64,000 bases of DNA from Ranitomeya imitator (GCF_032444005.1 NC_091288.1:207948001-208012000); one strand, 5' to 3'. Shown: positions 12,500 through 25,579, counted from the first letter of the stretch. Notes: generated by a model from the letters alone, not told the origin. Numbers and translations are program-made.

Positions 12500-13200
12500 G
12501 CTGAGGGGGCTGGCCGCACAGTTCACTCACTGCAGGGCAGGGCCGCGCACCACTACCTGCTGACAGGCAGCCAATCAGCGCTCAGCACGGCGCCACGCCA
12601 ACCAGCCGACGCCGCCAACCAACGTGTGACGCAAGCACGTCCAAAACAGAGCAGCCAATCGTGAACAGACACTGACAGACCAGTGACCAATTAAAAAGCA
12701 GTAGTCAGGATGAGCAGGCAGCCATTGACGTTGATGGAAAATGCCTTCGAAAGTAGTAGCGTTATTTTCTGCCCATAAGAGGCGCCATGACAACGCTGCA
12801 CTGGCACGTGACTGAGGTCCTCGTTACAACAACGAATACTTGTTATATTGGGAGAAGGGTGAACTGGAAACTGCCATTATTAAAGATGGCGGATGGTGTG
12901 TTAAGGGTTGGGCACAACGAACCAATAAAAGCGGAGGGCGTTGATACTGTGTGAACCAATCAGCTTTCTCTTTGCCTTTTCTGCTGTCAAAGTGGCAGAA
13001 TACCTGTATGTAACCCAGGATGGAGCGACCAAAGTGCGGAGGCCACGTCTGGGAAAGGCAAAGAGGGAGGAGAGACCACCGGACAGCACCATAGTTGCAC
13101 GCTGGTATTTTGGGCGTCCTATGATTGGGCAGGGGTGGGGAGGGTCGTTGGTGACGTCACATGATTGGTTGGAGACGCTGCAGAATGCCTATGGGGTATC
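12500..13200. promoter_or_regulatory. CpG-rich housekeeping promoter of HAGH, possibly bidirectional
   Basis: Lies directly upstream of the HAGH ATG (12496). CCAAT at 12571, 12655, 12687, 12922 and 12956; ATTGG at 13124 and 13164. E-box CACGTGAC at 12805, YY1-type AAGATGGCGG at 12883, CRE palindrome GTGACGTCAC at 13151. ZNF143-type AC(T/C)ACAACTCCCAGCA at 12328 and 13394. CpG content is high. Confidence 0.7.
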
Positions 13201-13794
13201 AATGAGCTCCCTCTAGTGGGCATATTAGGAATTGACACACTCTACATAGACCGGGCTCAACTGCAAAGCATTCTGGGACTTAGTCTGCAGCTGCTATTTT
13301 ATTTTTTATCACTTCCCTCAATTAAATGTGAGATACCAGACTGCTGCAGGAAGGAGTGGGCTCTAACAACCCAACTTCTGTAAGTATTGCAAAACTACAA
13401 CTCCCAGCATTCTCTGGTACAGGCCCTTTTAGAATGTGAAAACTGTTTATTAATATTTTGCTTCTAGGCTGAGATATAAGCCATTGAAGTTACAGGCCCA
13501 GAGCCTGAGGCTGCACTACTGAGAGGCATGCTATCTGAATATCTCAGTAGTGCTGCTGGCAGGGAGCAGGGATAAGCAGCGCCCTCTGCTGACACCTGAT
13601 CCACAACCACCCTCCCTCCTTTATGGCTGGACACACAGACGGGTCTGCGCTCTGTCTGGATGTAGGGGGCTTGGTCTGGGGTCTGTCTGCATACAGGGGT
13701 TCTAGTCTGGTTTTGGGTTCTGTCTGTATGAAGGGGTCTTGTCTGGCCTCTGTCTGTGTACGGGTGAGTTTTCCTCTGGGATCTGCAGGTACAC

Positions 13795-14452
13795 AGGCGG
13801 GTTTTGGCCTGGCCTCTGCCGGCGTGCGCAGGTGGGTTTTGGCCTGGCCTCTGCCGGCGTACGCAGGCGGGTTTTGGCCTGGCCTCTGCCAGCATGCGCA
13901 GGTGGGTTTTGGCCTGGCCTCTGCCGGCGTACGCAGGCGGGTTTTGGCCTGGCCTCTGCCAGCATGCGCAGGTGGGTTTTGGCCTGGCCTCTGCCAGCAT
14001 GCGCAGGTGGGTTTTGGCCTGGCCTCTGTACGCAGGCGGGTTTTGGCCTGGCCTCTGCCGGCGTACGCAGGCGGGTTTTGGCCTGGCCTCTGTACGCAGG
14101 CGGGTTTTGGCCTGGCCTCTGTACGCAGGCGGGCTTTGGCCTGGCCTCTGCCGGCGTGCGCAGGTGGGTTTTGGCCTGGCCTCTGCCGGCGTACGCAGGC
14201 GGGTTTTGGCCTGGCCTCTGCCGGCGTACGCAGGCGGGTTTTGGCCTGGCCTCTGTACGCAGGCTGGTTTTGGCCTGGCCTCTGCCGGCGTACGCAGGCG
14301 GGTTTTGGCCTGGCCTCTGTACGCAGGCTGGTTTTGGCCTGGCCTCTGCCGGCGTACGCAGGCGGGTTTTGGCCTGGCCTCTGTACGCAGGCTGGTTTTG
14401 GCCTGGCCTCTGCCAGCGTACGCAGGCGGGTTTTGGCCTGGCCTCTGCCAGT
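13795..14452. repeat. GC-rich minisatellite with 35-bp and 29-bp unit variants
   Basis: GGCGGGTTTTGGCCTGGCCTCTG(CCGGCG)TACGCA, repeated with or without the 6-bp insert. Confidence 0.95.
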
Positions 14453-14899
14453 GTCAGGTCTGTGTAATTTCTGTCATGGAGGTCTATATATGAGGGGAAG
14501 GGGTTCGGGTCAAGAGTTCTGTATACAGGGGGTACTGGTCTTGGATTTGTATACTGTTGAGTGTTTCCTGGCTTCTGTGTTTTTAGTTAGAGGGTCTGGT
14601 GTTCGGTCTGTCTTTATTTCGGGTGGTCCTATGTATTATATGTGACCCAATACTACAGACTGGGGTATGCCTTGTATAAATGGACGGACCATAGGAACAC
14701 TTCTGTGTAATGCTGCGCAATGTCCATTTTGGCCCCATTTTTCAGATCCAAGTGATGCCCGTCTTCAAAAGTTTTGTCTTCATGACGGTACGAAGAGATT
14801 ATTGTGCTGTGACAGGCGAGTAGAGTACATGGTGATATGTGTTTTATTCCTCCGCCCATACAGCTGGATGGACCATGAGGGTGAAGGTCATGCTACTAC

Positions 14900-15480
14900 T
14901 AGAGCTGGCCCTGCCCATGCGGGCTTACAGTCCGCAGAATAGTGGGGGAGGAGACAATAGGTTGGGGTGTTGCAGCTTCGGTAGTGACCCCAGGGCCATT
15001 GCAGGATGTAATGTTTCTTGAAGAGAAGGGTTTAAGTTCCATCTGTAAGTTCTGAGTCTGGCGGATAGTTGGACATCTTGAGGCACAGATTTCCTGAGGT
15101 TGGAGGCTACTCCAGAAGAAATGGAGATCACGTGTCAAGATAGCGGGAGATGTTGTAGACGGCGAGAGTTCGAAGTGTTGAACCACTGTTTAGGGTTGTG
15201 GGATAAAGAAGATACTCGGGTTGTGAAGTACAGGTGAGGGCTGACGTCAATGTGAAAGTTGCCGTTTTAAGTGCGTTGTCATCTTGCGAGTGCATTCCTT
15301 CCAGCGCCAGGGTTGTCTATTGATTCCTCACTGTCTATCATGTACCGGAGGGGCGACCGTGTCCATAGCTGATGCCAGGGTGACGCTGTCTGTGTCGTGA
15401 AGACATGGAGGACAGCAGTAGAATAGTCGGTGTGAGGTTTCATCGGTTGCAGATCATCCTTCTACCAGCCGACCCAACCT
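14900..15480 (-). mobile_element. Degenerate L2/CR1-clade LINE ORF2 fragment
   Basis: A minus frame reads LYFTTRVSSLSHNPKQWFNTSNS, resembling the L2 ORF2 segment YFT.LISS.SHNPKQLFNTFNS. Stops and frameshifts are present. Confidence 0.55.
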
Positions 15481-17817
15481 CTATAATACGATTTTTATGG
15501 AGGGAACGACTCCAGAAATAAAGAAATGCAAACGTTATGTACAAACTCAGGTGCGAATGGAAACAATTCACTATAGAATCAGAGGCAGAGATCCAACCAG
15601 CACTATCATCTATACACTACCACTACCGTGGGGGCGATTGCTGGGACAGTCTGGGTTTGAGGTTCTACTGAACTACATTGTAAATCAGTCTTCTGTGAAC
15701 TCCTCCTAGAGGTGGCTTGTAAGTCCCTGCCAAAAAGTGAGCTTGAAGTCTACCTTTCTAATGTGTATACCTGATTTTCCACAATTAAAGCCTCTACTTG
15801 TCACCGCTTTGTGTATTGATTATTGATTATTTTTTTCCATTAATTATGCCCAAATCCTCAAACTAATGTGGAGTGAAAAACCCGTAGCCACCACTAGAGG
15901 GAGCTGACTGTATAAGATCAGTTCTATGTATTAACAATGTTCAGTGAGCTCCCTCTATTGGTGGCTACAGGTATGACAGAATGAGACTTTAAAGGGAATC
16001 TGTTAGCCCCTGAACGATTTTGTTTTATTACTATGGGCATACAGGTAAGAGAATGGTTAAACCAGTCTTGCCTGTATGCCTCATAGCTGCGGTGTAGATC
16101 TTGAGAAACTCTTTTCTAAATTCTACGTTAATAATTTCTTCCAGGCTCTTGTGCGTGCGGTGCTGGAAGAAATCGCTGCCTCCTGACTTCATTATAATGG
16201 TATCCCCCTCCCATCAGCGTCACACTGATAAGCGCGGGATTGCAGCACCGAACATGTGCGTGCGGTTATGTGAACCCTGTCCGCCCTCCTATGGGCAGTG
16301 TCTGCATTGATCTTCTGTGCAGGCGCCGGTGAATCTCGGCTACTGCACAGTGACGCACCGAAGAGTTAAAAAAATTATGGATAAAGGAAAATGGTGACAC
16401 TAACTAACAAATTTGTTTTAAACCACTAAAATAACATTTTTAATTATTGCTGTAATCAGATTAACCCGTAGACTCCAATACCAGGTCATATTTACTGCAG
16501 TCAGTCAGACGGACGTACTACTCACGCGAGGATCGTATCGCAATGCTTGGACTGACCGTCGACAATCCTGACTTGAGGGTGACGGCTACATAGAAATACA
16601 TGCTGTCAAGCCCGAGTCAGGAGAGCCAACAGCCAGTCCCAGCAATGTGATCGTCGTCTGTGTTATACGGCCGTCTGACTACGCTCTAAAACTAGAACAT
16701 GGTTAATAAGGATAAATACCAATGCAAAACAACAAACAAATGGAGCAACAAAGGAAAAAACATTCAAGAGACACTGTGGAACTAATCTACAAACCAACAT
16801 CTGAAAACGAGTGCACACAAAGGTCTCCTAAAATAACATTTTATTAAATATACTTAACATTTTAAATCCAAGAAACATGAATATAACAAAACAGAATGTT
16901 CCTAAAAGTGGTTCCAGATCAAAGTATGAAATGCAGCTGCTAGATACCCTGAATACATGTGGGGATTCCCCAACAAACAGGCAACCCCCACATGTAGGGG
17001 TAGATCATGCAGCTGTGGGGACTCAACATAATCTCTGAGTACGCCCAAATTACTTGGAGACCACCCGAGCGTGCTCGGAAAACCCAAGTAACGAGCACAC
17101 TCGCTCATCACTAGCTATAATGTCTCCCATACACAACACATGCAGACATGAGGGATTCCTGTCTTTATGGATGTAGCACATGAACTGAAGTATGACGGAC
17201 ATTATTTATTGGTACTGAGCAGCGTAGCTGTGAATCCAGCACTGGACATGACATAAAACACTTATTAAAAAGAAGTAGCAGAGATTTGTATATATTCACT
17301 TTTTTCTCAATACTTATCCCTAAAGCTCTCAAGTACATCTTTGACCAGGACTAAATTGGATGAGTGACTGATCAGCTCCGAAGGCAGAAAAGAAATGGCT
17401 CATAAGTGGGGAAAAAAGCTGATTTGTCTAAGATGTATTACAAAAGTATCCTATAGTCGCTTATGCAAACTTTGCCGAGATGACAGTGACTATTTAAGAG
17501 GAGCATAAAATCGGACATTCAGCATGATGGGGAATCAGAGTCTTCTGGACTTGGGCTATTTGTATATCCCCATTCCTGAAATGGCTGATAACAGGGAATA
17601 ACAGATCAAATATAGGATTTAGAGTAAAGACGTAAAAAGATACAAAGTAAGGCTGTGGTTCAGACAGTGCACAAGTTGCTACACAAGCTGCGGCAAGACA
17701 AGCCATGTATTTACCCCCCAGTCTACTTGGACAGTCCCGCCTCGAGGGCGTTAGGACTACACCGAGGCCGATATTGTCCTGTTTTGTAATGCACAACTGT
17801 GGGTTTGGGTCTTGGAG

Positions 17818-20800
17818 TCACCACTTAATGGTCAGTCCAGATGTAATTTTCTCCACGGCGTGGTACTGTGTGTGCAGCGCCTCCTTCACCCCGGCGCCGT
17901 CCTGCCCTCCCAGCCACTGCTCGTAAAGCTCCTTCACGCTATCATTCTGCTCCGGCGCCTCCGTCCTCACGGACGTGTACAGCTGCTCCACCCTCTGCAG
18001 TAAGTCCTTACCGGCCTCTCCTTCTGCCCGGATCTGACCACCGCCATTCAAACAGCCTGAAATAGAGGAGACGGGGACAAGATGTCAGTACAGGTGTATA
18101 CCCAACGTTCAACGTGGGTCCCAGCCACGGCGTCAAGACGGCCTGGTGGAAAAACTAGCCGGAGGAATTCCACGCAAACATGGGGAGAACGTACAAACTC
18201 CTTGAAGATGTCGTCCTTGGAGGGGTTTGAACCCTGGACCCCAGCGCTGCAGTGCTAACCACTGAGCCACCGTGCTGCCCTATAGATTAACCCTATATAT
18301 TCAGCATCATCCCTTTATTATACAACTAGATGGTGGCCCGATTCTAACGCATCGGGTATTCTAGAATATGCATGTCCTTGTAATATATAGCACAGTCCAC
18401 GTAGTATAGAGCACAGTCCACGTAGTATATTGCCCAGCCACGTATGTCACAGGTTAAAAAATAAACATATACTCACCTTCCGAGGGCTCCTTATAGTTCG
18501 GTCACATGACCGTGACGTCATGGCAGGTCCTTCTCCCACACCATCCTTGCCACTGGAACTTGCCCCTTGCATGGAGCGGTTACCGGAGCGTAGCGAGGAG
18601 AGGGAAAGGCGGCGGAAGGTGAGTATATAATTTTTTTTTATTATTATTATTTTTAACATTAGATGTTTTTACTATTCACACTGCATAGGCAGCATCAATA
18701 GTAAAAACTTGGTCACACAGGGTTAATAGCGGCGGTAACTGCGGGGAGTGTGAGCGGTGACTGCAGGGGAGTAGGGAGGGACTAATCGGACTGTGGCCGT
18801 CTCTGATTGGTCGCGGCAGCCATGACAGGCAGCTGGCGAGACCAATCGGTGACTTGGATTCCATGACCGAGGCCGTGATCAATGAACATCCCTGACAGAC
18901 AGAAGGACGGAAGTGACCCTTAGACAATTATATAGTAGATGACAAGTTTTCTCTATGAGTTTATTACTGGGATAGAATTCAGAGAACATTTAGCGTCCTC
19001 TGACAGTGCGATATCGTAGGGCTCTTGCTCTGGACTCTTCTTTGAGCAGCGTTACCTGCAGGACAGGCCATCACCTCCACGTAGTGATAGGCGCAGCGGC
19101 CTCTTTTTAGCTTCTGCACCAGATTCTGAATGTTCCGGAAGCCGTACGCCAGTGCGAACTGCAGCAGCACCTCCCCGTCCTTCTCCAGCGTCACTTCCTG
19201 GAAGTCTTTGTTCCTGTACAGGGTGAACAGATGATATGTGTATTCATCATCCACAGGAGGGGTCACCGCTAATAACATGGAGACGTCAGACAGCGACACA
19301 ATGACAGACGCGACCGTACTTCAGAGGTTTGTATGTAATCTCATCTACACGGAGGCCGAAGAGCTCCTGTGCTGCGGATTTAAAGACATGTTCCAGGTAT
19401 CCGCCTGATCCTCCGCCATCATGTCCTAAGGGTTCATTATCCACCGCACTGCTGAACCTGCAGAGACAGAAAACCCACAATGCTTCACTTCTGTATACAA
19501 CTATGGTGACATATAGTGTTACTGTATACATACGGTACATTGTCCTGCACTCATCCGAATTCATATCCTGCATTAAACCCCAGAGCTGCACTCACTATTC
19601 TGCTGGTGCAGTCACTGTGTACATACATCACATTACTGATCCTGAGTTACCTCCTGTATTATACTCCAGAGCTGCACTCACTATTCTGCTGGTGCAGTCA
19701 CTGTGTACATACATTACATTACTGATCCTGAGTTACATCCTGTATCATTCTCCAGAGCTGCACTCACTATTCTGCTGGTGCAGTCACTGTGTACATACAT
19801 TACATTACTGATCCTGAGTTACATCCTGTATTATACTCCAGAGCTGCACTCACTATTCTGCTGGTGCAGTCACTGTGTACATACATTACATTACTGATCC
19901 TGAGGTACCTCCTGTATTATACTCCAGAGCTGCACTCACTATTCTGCTGGTGCAGTCACTGTGTACATACATCACATTACTGATCCTGAGTTACATCCTG
20001 TATTATACTCCAGAGCTGAACTCACTATTCTGCTGGTGCAGTCACTGTGTACATACATTACTGATCCTGAGTTACATCCTGTATTATACCCCAGAGCTGC
20101 ACTCACTATTCTGCTGGTGCAGTCACTGTGTACATACATTACATTACTGATCCTGAGTTACATCCTGTATTATACTCCAGAGCTGCACTCACTATTCTGC
20201 TGGTGCAGTCACTGTGTACATACATCCTGTATCCTGACGTTTTCCAACAACCACCAGCAGAATAGTGAATGCCTCTGTGGTCAGATATCACTCCGGACCC
20301 CGGGGCTGTTGGATCATGCAGCCGACCAGAGGGCGCTCACAGGTGAGGTTTTCTATGATGACTTCTCAGTAATAATTATATAGATACTGAACACTCACTG
20401 TGCATCAAGGGGACAGAGATTCACCTCTGGCAGAGCGATCCCCTCCTGTTCCAGCATCCGCAGCACTTCCCCTATAATAGACATCCTGTAATCAGCAGCG
20501 TCCTTTATACACAGCACAGTAGTGACCCCCGCGATCAGCGCCTGCAGCCCTCACCAGTAGTGATGACACAGTCTACATCTCGGGTCTCGTACTCCTGATT
20601 GAAGAAGTCCGGCCTGGAGGCCTCCAGCTTCTTGTCGTAGCACGGCATCACTGTGACATGGTAGATGCGGTGAGGCAGCAGCTTCTGGGACGAGAGACAG
20701 ATGTCAGATACATCGATATCAGATACATTAATAAATACCAGATAAAGATTTCAGTTTTTCACCTTTTCCTTTGCAAAGTAGTTCTTCACCAGGGATCCCA

Positions 20801-23800
20801 TCACTTGCTGTGGAGATTTGGTGACGCTGATGTGCGGGATAATAAAGGAGCCGTGAGTTTTCTCAGCATAACAAATCCACCCTAAAAACGAAGAAAGGTC
20901 AGCAATGGTGGTTTCTATTCTAGACAGGTTTCATATTGTCTGACTAACACGCCATCGGCAGCAATAACATGCACCAGCCGGTAACATGTAAGTCCTGAGA
21001 GCACAGCAGTATGCACAGAGCGTCCCCCCAGAGCCAGAATGAGTAAAAAACAGGGAGCTCCCTCCCCAAAAAGGAGTAAAAAACAGGGAGCTCCCTCCCC
21101 CAGAACCAGAAGGAGGAAAACACAGGGAGACCTTCCCCCCCCAAACCAGAAGGGGTAAAAACAGGGAGACCTTCCCCCCCCAAACCAGAAGGGGTAAAAA
21201 CAGGGAGCTCCCCCCCCCCCTCCAGAACCAGAAGGAGTAAAAACAGGTCGCTCCCCCCCAGAGGAGTAATAACAGGTCGCTCCCCCCCCAGAGGAGTAAT
21301 AACAGGTCGCTCCCCCCCCAGAGGAGTAATAACAGGTCGCTCCCCCCCCAGAGGAGTAATAACAGGTCGCTCCCCCCCCAGAGGAGTAATAACAGGTCGC
21401 TCCCCCCCAGAGGAGTAATAACAGGTCGCTCCCCCCCAGAGGAGTAATAACAGGTCGCTCCCCCCCAGAGGAGTAATAACAGGTCGCTCCCCCCCAGAGG
21501 AGTAATAACAGGTCGCTCCCCCCCAGAGGAGTAATAACAGGTCGCTCCCCCCAGAGCCAAGCACTACATAGCATACACATGTACCTGGGCAGGCGGAGGA
21601 TAACATGGGCAGGGCCGTCGTCTCCTCCTGCCGTCTCTTGTAGCGTTGTATAAACTCTCGCTGACTCTCCAATAGGCTGAAGTTTCTGGAAAAACTGGTG
21701 TCAAACACATAGTGGACCCCTACAGAGCATTAAAAAAAATCCACCTAGTAAAGCAGGGAGCAGGAAACCCTCGTCAGGAAGACAAAACCGTTCAGGAGTC
21801 TGGGAAAGCTGAATGACCACCTCTGCTGTGATGGTAGGCTCAGTGGTTGCCACTCCGCTTTCCCAGATCATGTTCACATTAACAATTCCCTTGAGGACAT
21901 TTGTTTTTGCTTCTTACCCAACTGTTTAAAGAAGGCAGTCAGTTTCTGAGCAGTTTCCTGGATATTGAGGTTAAACTTTGTGGCCAGAGAAGCTCGAGAC
22001 TGTGGAGAGATGGAAACCACGACCAGCCTGTGCTGCGAGGCGTCCTCCACCTGGGGAAGAGGTAACACGTTGGGATGCTTCTCTACAGCCCTCCTGGGGC
22101 CTATCGCTCAGTAATGTCGCAAGTTAGGAGTTCACCGGCTCTGGGGTGTTAATCCTATTACTCCTCAGGGGTCCATGGAGCTGAGATATAGGGTGCTGTA
22201 TGGTGGAATCCTCACACCGCATAGCCGCGTGTGTCGCAGACCCCGTATCTCAGCTTCCGGGACCCCAGGGACGGACATTACCTTGTTCAGCTCCAGGACC
22301 TTGTACAGCTCCTCGTGACTCTGCTGTGTGATCAGCACGGTCTCTGCGGACGTCACGCATCCACTGCAGGCCAGACAGTCGTTCAGGGTGATCTTGGCCT
22401 TCTCCAGTTTTTGGGAAGCTCCATCCTGCAGGTCAGACAGGCGTCAGTATATAAAGTTCTGCTCCATTAAATGCCCCGTTCCTTTATATTTTTGGGCCAG
22501 TTTTCTATATATTGGCTTTAAAGGGGATTTTCCAGTTTCAGAAGATATCTGAAGTCTATATATATAAAAAAAAAAAAAGCCTTACTCACCCTCCCTGGGT
22601 CCAATTCAGAGTTTCTATTGTCTTATTGTCTAGCGTGCTGACGTCACATCGACAGCGCTGCAGCCAATCCATGAGGTCTGCGACTATTTGAGTTTATGGC
22701 ATGAGCTGCTGAGTTCAGTGATTGGCTGCAGCCATGAGGGTTACCGCTGCTGACAATAACAAATACTGGAAACAGCTGGAAAGACTCAGCGCTGGACCTG
22801 GGGAGGGTGAGTAAAAAGGACTGCAGCCGGGGGACAGGGGTTTTCTGAAATCAGAAAGCCTCCTTAAAAATTAGCATTCAGAAAGTCCGATAATCCGGCA
22901 CTGGTTCCCAGCACAAAACTGTGCAGATGTTTAACGGTGGGACTTTCACTAGTCACTAAAATTATGGTGATTAAGTCTCGCTCCAGATTAATGATCCAAG
23001 TCTAAAGGGGCTTCACTTTTAGAGCACCAGCTGCCGGGGACAAAGGATGGAGTATAGGGGGGTCTTGTGCTCAAATCTTCCCCCTCCGGTTCATCCATAC
23101 GTTACACAATCTGCCCATTAACTGTATAGACTGCTGAGCAGGAAGCCTGGGGAGACCCCTTTAATGCAGAGCGACTGCACAGACATCGTGGGGGACTCAG
23201 TCGTCGTACCCCATTAGTGTGATGTATTTTTAGCATAATTTTCTGAAATTCTGGTAAAACCCAAAGCGATTTTGGCAAAATTTTGGAAAACTACAGCAAA
23301 AAACAAAAAACAAACCTGCAGCGTGTGAATTCAGCTTAAATAATCACGACGGTGAAAACAACGTTACTCATCATCACCTGATTGATTTGGAAATAACTCC
23401 CATCATCCTCAATACGGATCTTGGCCGCCCCTTTTCCAGGTTTCTTCTCTACTTTGATTGGTTTTATACAATCCTAGAGAAAAAAAAAAATGAATATTCA
23501 GAACAAATCCTAATTATATTCCACTGTTAGACATGAGAAGGCTGCGGTTTTAATTAAGGTTTTAAATAAAAAAAATTAAGAGGTTAAAAAGGTTTTAAAA
23601 ATCTAAAGGGAGAAAAAAAATTCCTGATACAAAAATAAGCCAGGGTTTTAAAAAAAAAATAAATAAATAAATAAATAAATTGTAGTCGCAAAATTTCAAT
23701 CAAAATATAAAAATTAACCCATAAGGGTAAACAGTGTAAAAACAAATTACAATTAAAACCCGCCAGAATTGGTTTTTTGTTTTTTTTCTCCCTCCTATAA

Positions 23801-24192
23801 AAAATAATAAAAACATTGTTTGTGTCCCAAATATTAAGAAAAACTTTCATTTACATTGATGGAAAAATACAATTTAATATAATCAGTGATAAAACTACAA
23901 TTCCCAGCATGCCTTGCTATTCTGCAACAGCCAAGGCATGCTGGGAGTTGTAGTTTCACCCACAAAGACCCTGCAGTATGGAAGAAAGATGTTCCTCCCT
24001 GGATATGATATGACCCCTGTCTGTCACCACATGGATTTGTCACACGTCCCTCCGGTTATCACGGTGTAACATCCATCTTTACACGCTCACACCGCCTGAT
24101 AATCAGTTCTAATAGCGTCACCATACCTGCGAGGGGCCGATATAATCATCCAAGTCGGTCAGCTGCAGCACTCCGCTGAAGTGAGACGCCAT
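17818..24192 (-). CDS. CIAO3: Cytosolic iron-sulfur assembly component 3 (NARFL/IOP1, Fe-only hydrogenase-like); 11 coding exons, 476 aa
   Basis: Exons on the minus strand: 24192-24127, 23473-23378, 22425-22282, 22050-21918, 21719-21585, 20881-20763, 20684-20555, 20471-20399, 19457-19320, 19213-19056, 18056-17818. Total 1431 nt, all GT-AG. Translation: [27 protein letters not shown]...[15 protein letters not shown]...[12 protein letters not shown]...[13 protein letters not shown]...[15 protein letters not shown]...[19 protein letters not shown]. The Fe-S cysteines and the C-terminal Trp are intact. Confidence 0.97.
18157..18281 (-). mobile_element. tRNA-derived SINE, 5' fragment
   Basis: Minus strand reads GGGCAGCACGGTGGCTCAGTGGTTAGCAC...GGTTCAAA (A/B boxes). 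Same family as 36076-36360. Confidence 0.85.
18325..18940 (+). mobile_element. Helentron-associated (HINE/DINE-1-like) non-autonomous element in CIAO3 intron 10
   Basis: 5' end ACTAGATGGTGGCCCGATTCTAACGCATCGGGTATTCTAGAATATGCATGT and 3' end GACAGACAG...CCCTTAGACAATTATATAGTAGAT are shared with 26467-26905, but the interiors differ. Confidence 0.55.
19578..20228. repeat. 86-bp tandem repeat (~8 copies) in CIAO3 intron 8
   Basis: Unit CCAGAGCTGCACTCACTATTCTGCTGGTGCAGTCACTGTGTACATACATTACATTACTGATCCTGAGTTACATCCTGTATTATACT. ORF starts recur every 86 bp (19703, 19789, 19875, 19961). Confidence 0.95.
21035..21557. repeat. ~30-bp C-run minisatellite in CIAO3 intron 5
   Basis: Unit CAGAGGAGTAATAACAGGTCGCTC(C)6-7, grading into a related degenerate array toward 21035. 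Confidence 0.93.
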
Positions 24193-24420
24193 TTCCGCCA
24201 CACCGCCGTAAAGCAACCGTCCGGACGCAGCCGCACCAGTGCAGTACTGCCGTAAAGCAGCTCAGTCCATTTGCGCGCGCACTGAGTGTTATAAGCGCAG
24301 TGTGAGTGTAGGGAGCTCCGTGTGCTGAGTGAAGAGCTCGGAGTCAGACGCGGAGCAGTGTCTCTGCCCAATTAATGAGCCAGATGTATTGTGGGAACAC
24401 TTGTGTGGCCATAAATTGTA
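24193..24420 (-). promoter_or_regulatory. CpG-rich promoter/5' UTR of CIAO3
   Basis: GC/CpG-rich stretch directly upstream of the ATG at 24192 (GCGCGCGC, CCGCCACACCGCC; ATTGG on the minus strand near 24370). A palindromic pair of ACTACA-N-TCCCAGCATGCC motifs sits in intron 1 at 23892-23956. Confidence 0.6.
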
Positions 24421-25188
24421 ATAAAATATATTCTAACATATGTGACCCCCTTTCATAGCTGTGAGCTTCTGTTTGCGCTTTTTCTGAGGTAATTTTTTCC
24501 TCAGGCAAAGACCACGATGCTTTAAAACTGTCATTTAGGGAGCACTGGAGGGAGACGCCCCAAATTTATTAGAAAAGGTCGTTCATTTTAATGAATTTGG
24601 CCATTTGTAAGTTGTCGCAATCCTGCACCAGAAATGATGCACCAGAAATGATACACCGCTCAGGCTGGCGGCCATTTTTTTCTTAATTTATTGCTACTTT
24701 TGTGGCGTAAATTCTGAATTTTCAACAGGACGGTGTTACACTAATATTGAAGTTACCGGAAAAACAGGGCATTATGGGTAACATAAAATGGTCGTCATAT
24801 GGATGTGTGAATTAACCCTTAAAAGTTATTCCCTGTGTTAGGATGTATTATCACTTTTCAATGTGTGAGTAAAGGGCACGGCCAGACTCCATTTTGAAGT
24901 ATCCATCTTGTCTCATTCTCTTGTTTCATGGTAACCAAATAGTTAACAATGGTGAGAAGAACAGTTTCACATTTCTCTTCATGCTCCTAAATTCCTATTG
25001 GCTACATCTTTCATCAAGGCTTCCTTTGTCATTGACACTAAGTTAACCTTGGGTTCTGTAGTAATAAACCGGACGTCCTGAGTACACCATACAAGGCTGT
25101 GCCGTATTGTTTTCTCGAGCGCTCGTAAAATAAATCTTATTAATTTGGAGTTCAAAAGGCATAGAAGAAAGTGGATTTCGTTCACATT

Positions 25189-25579
25189 TAGTGATGGGCA
25201 GTCTGGCTCTTTTTGGTGATCCGGCTCTACTGACTCCACTCACCAAAAAGAGACGGCTCTTTTTTTTCATCCTAAATGGATCCCTATTAAATATGTGTTC
25301 ACCATAGGTGAACACATATTTAAGGTGACGTCAATATGGCTGAAACTCCGCCCATGTTCAGCAAGCCAATTAAATTGACGAATGGCCTGGGTTTATTTCA
25401 GGTGGGCAGGTTACGTCTGCCAAACTTGGGAATTTTACGCCCTGTGAGAGTCATTAAGAGAGTTTTTTGGCTCTCACTGGCGTGCCGGCTCCCATCGTTC
25501 ACAGCAGGGAGCCGGTTCTATCGTTCACAGCCGGGAGCCGGCTCTTTGTCTCGGATCGTTCATGAACGACTCATCACTA
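25189..25579. mobile_element. Non-autonomous DNA transposon (MITE) with TAGTGATG termini
   Basis: TAGTGATGGG...CTCATCACTA inverted ends with internal GAGCCGGCTC palindromes. A related right end lies at about 16970-17113. Confidence 0.6.

Noticed and set aside
13623-14645. 340-aa, 242-aa and 229-aa ORFs
   Set aside because: They are the 35/29-bp minisatellite read in three frames.
14899-15186. Terminal exon of an extra minus-strand gene (AATAAA near 14845)
   Set aside because: The adjacent frames resemble decayed L2 ORF2, so an old LINE explains it better.
12600-17800. FAHD1 head-to-head with HAGH
   Set aside because: I found no GKNI.CVGRNY or other FAH-domain motif in any plus-strand frame by eye. 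A tblastn would be definitive.
19578-20228. CRISPR-like regular repeat
   Set aside because: Units are head-to-tail with no unique spacers, there are no cas genes, and the context is a eukaryotic intron.
17818-24192. Calling the hydrogenase-like gene NARF
   Set aside because: The N-terminus [27 protein letters not shown], the 476-aa length and the MSLN-family neighbour fit CIAO3/NARFL.
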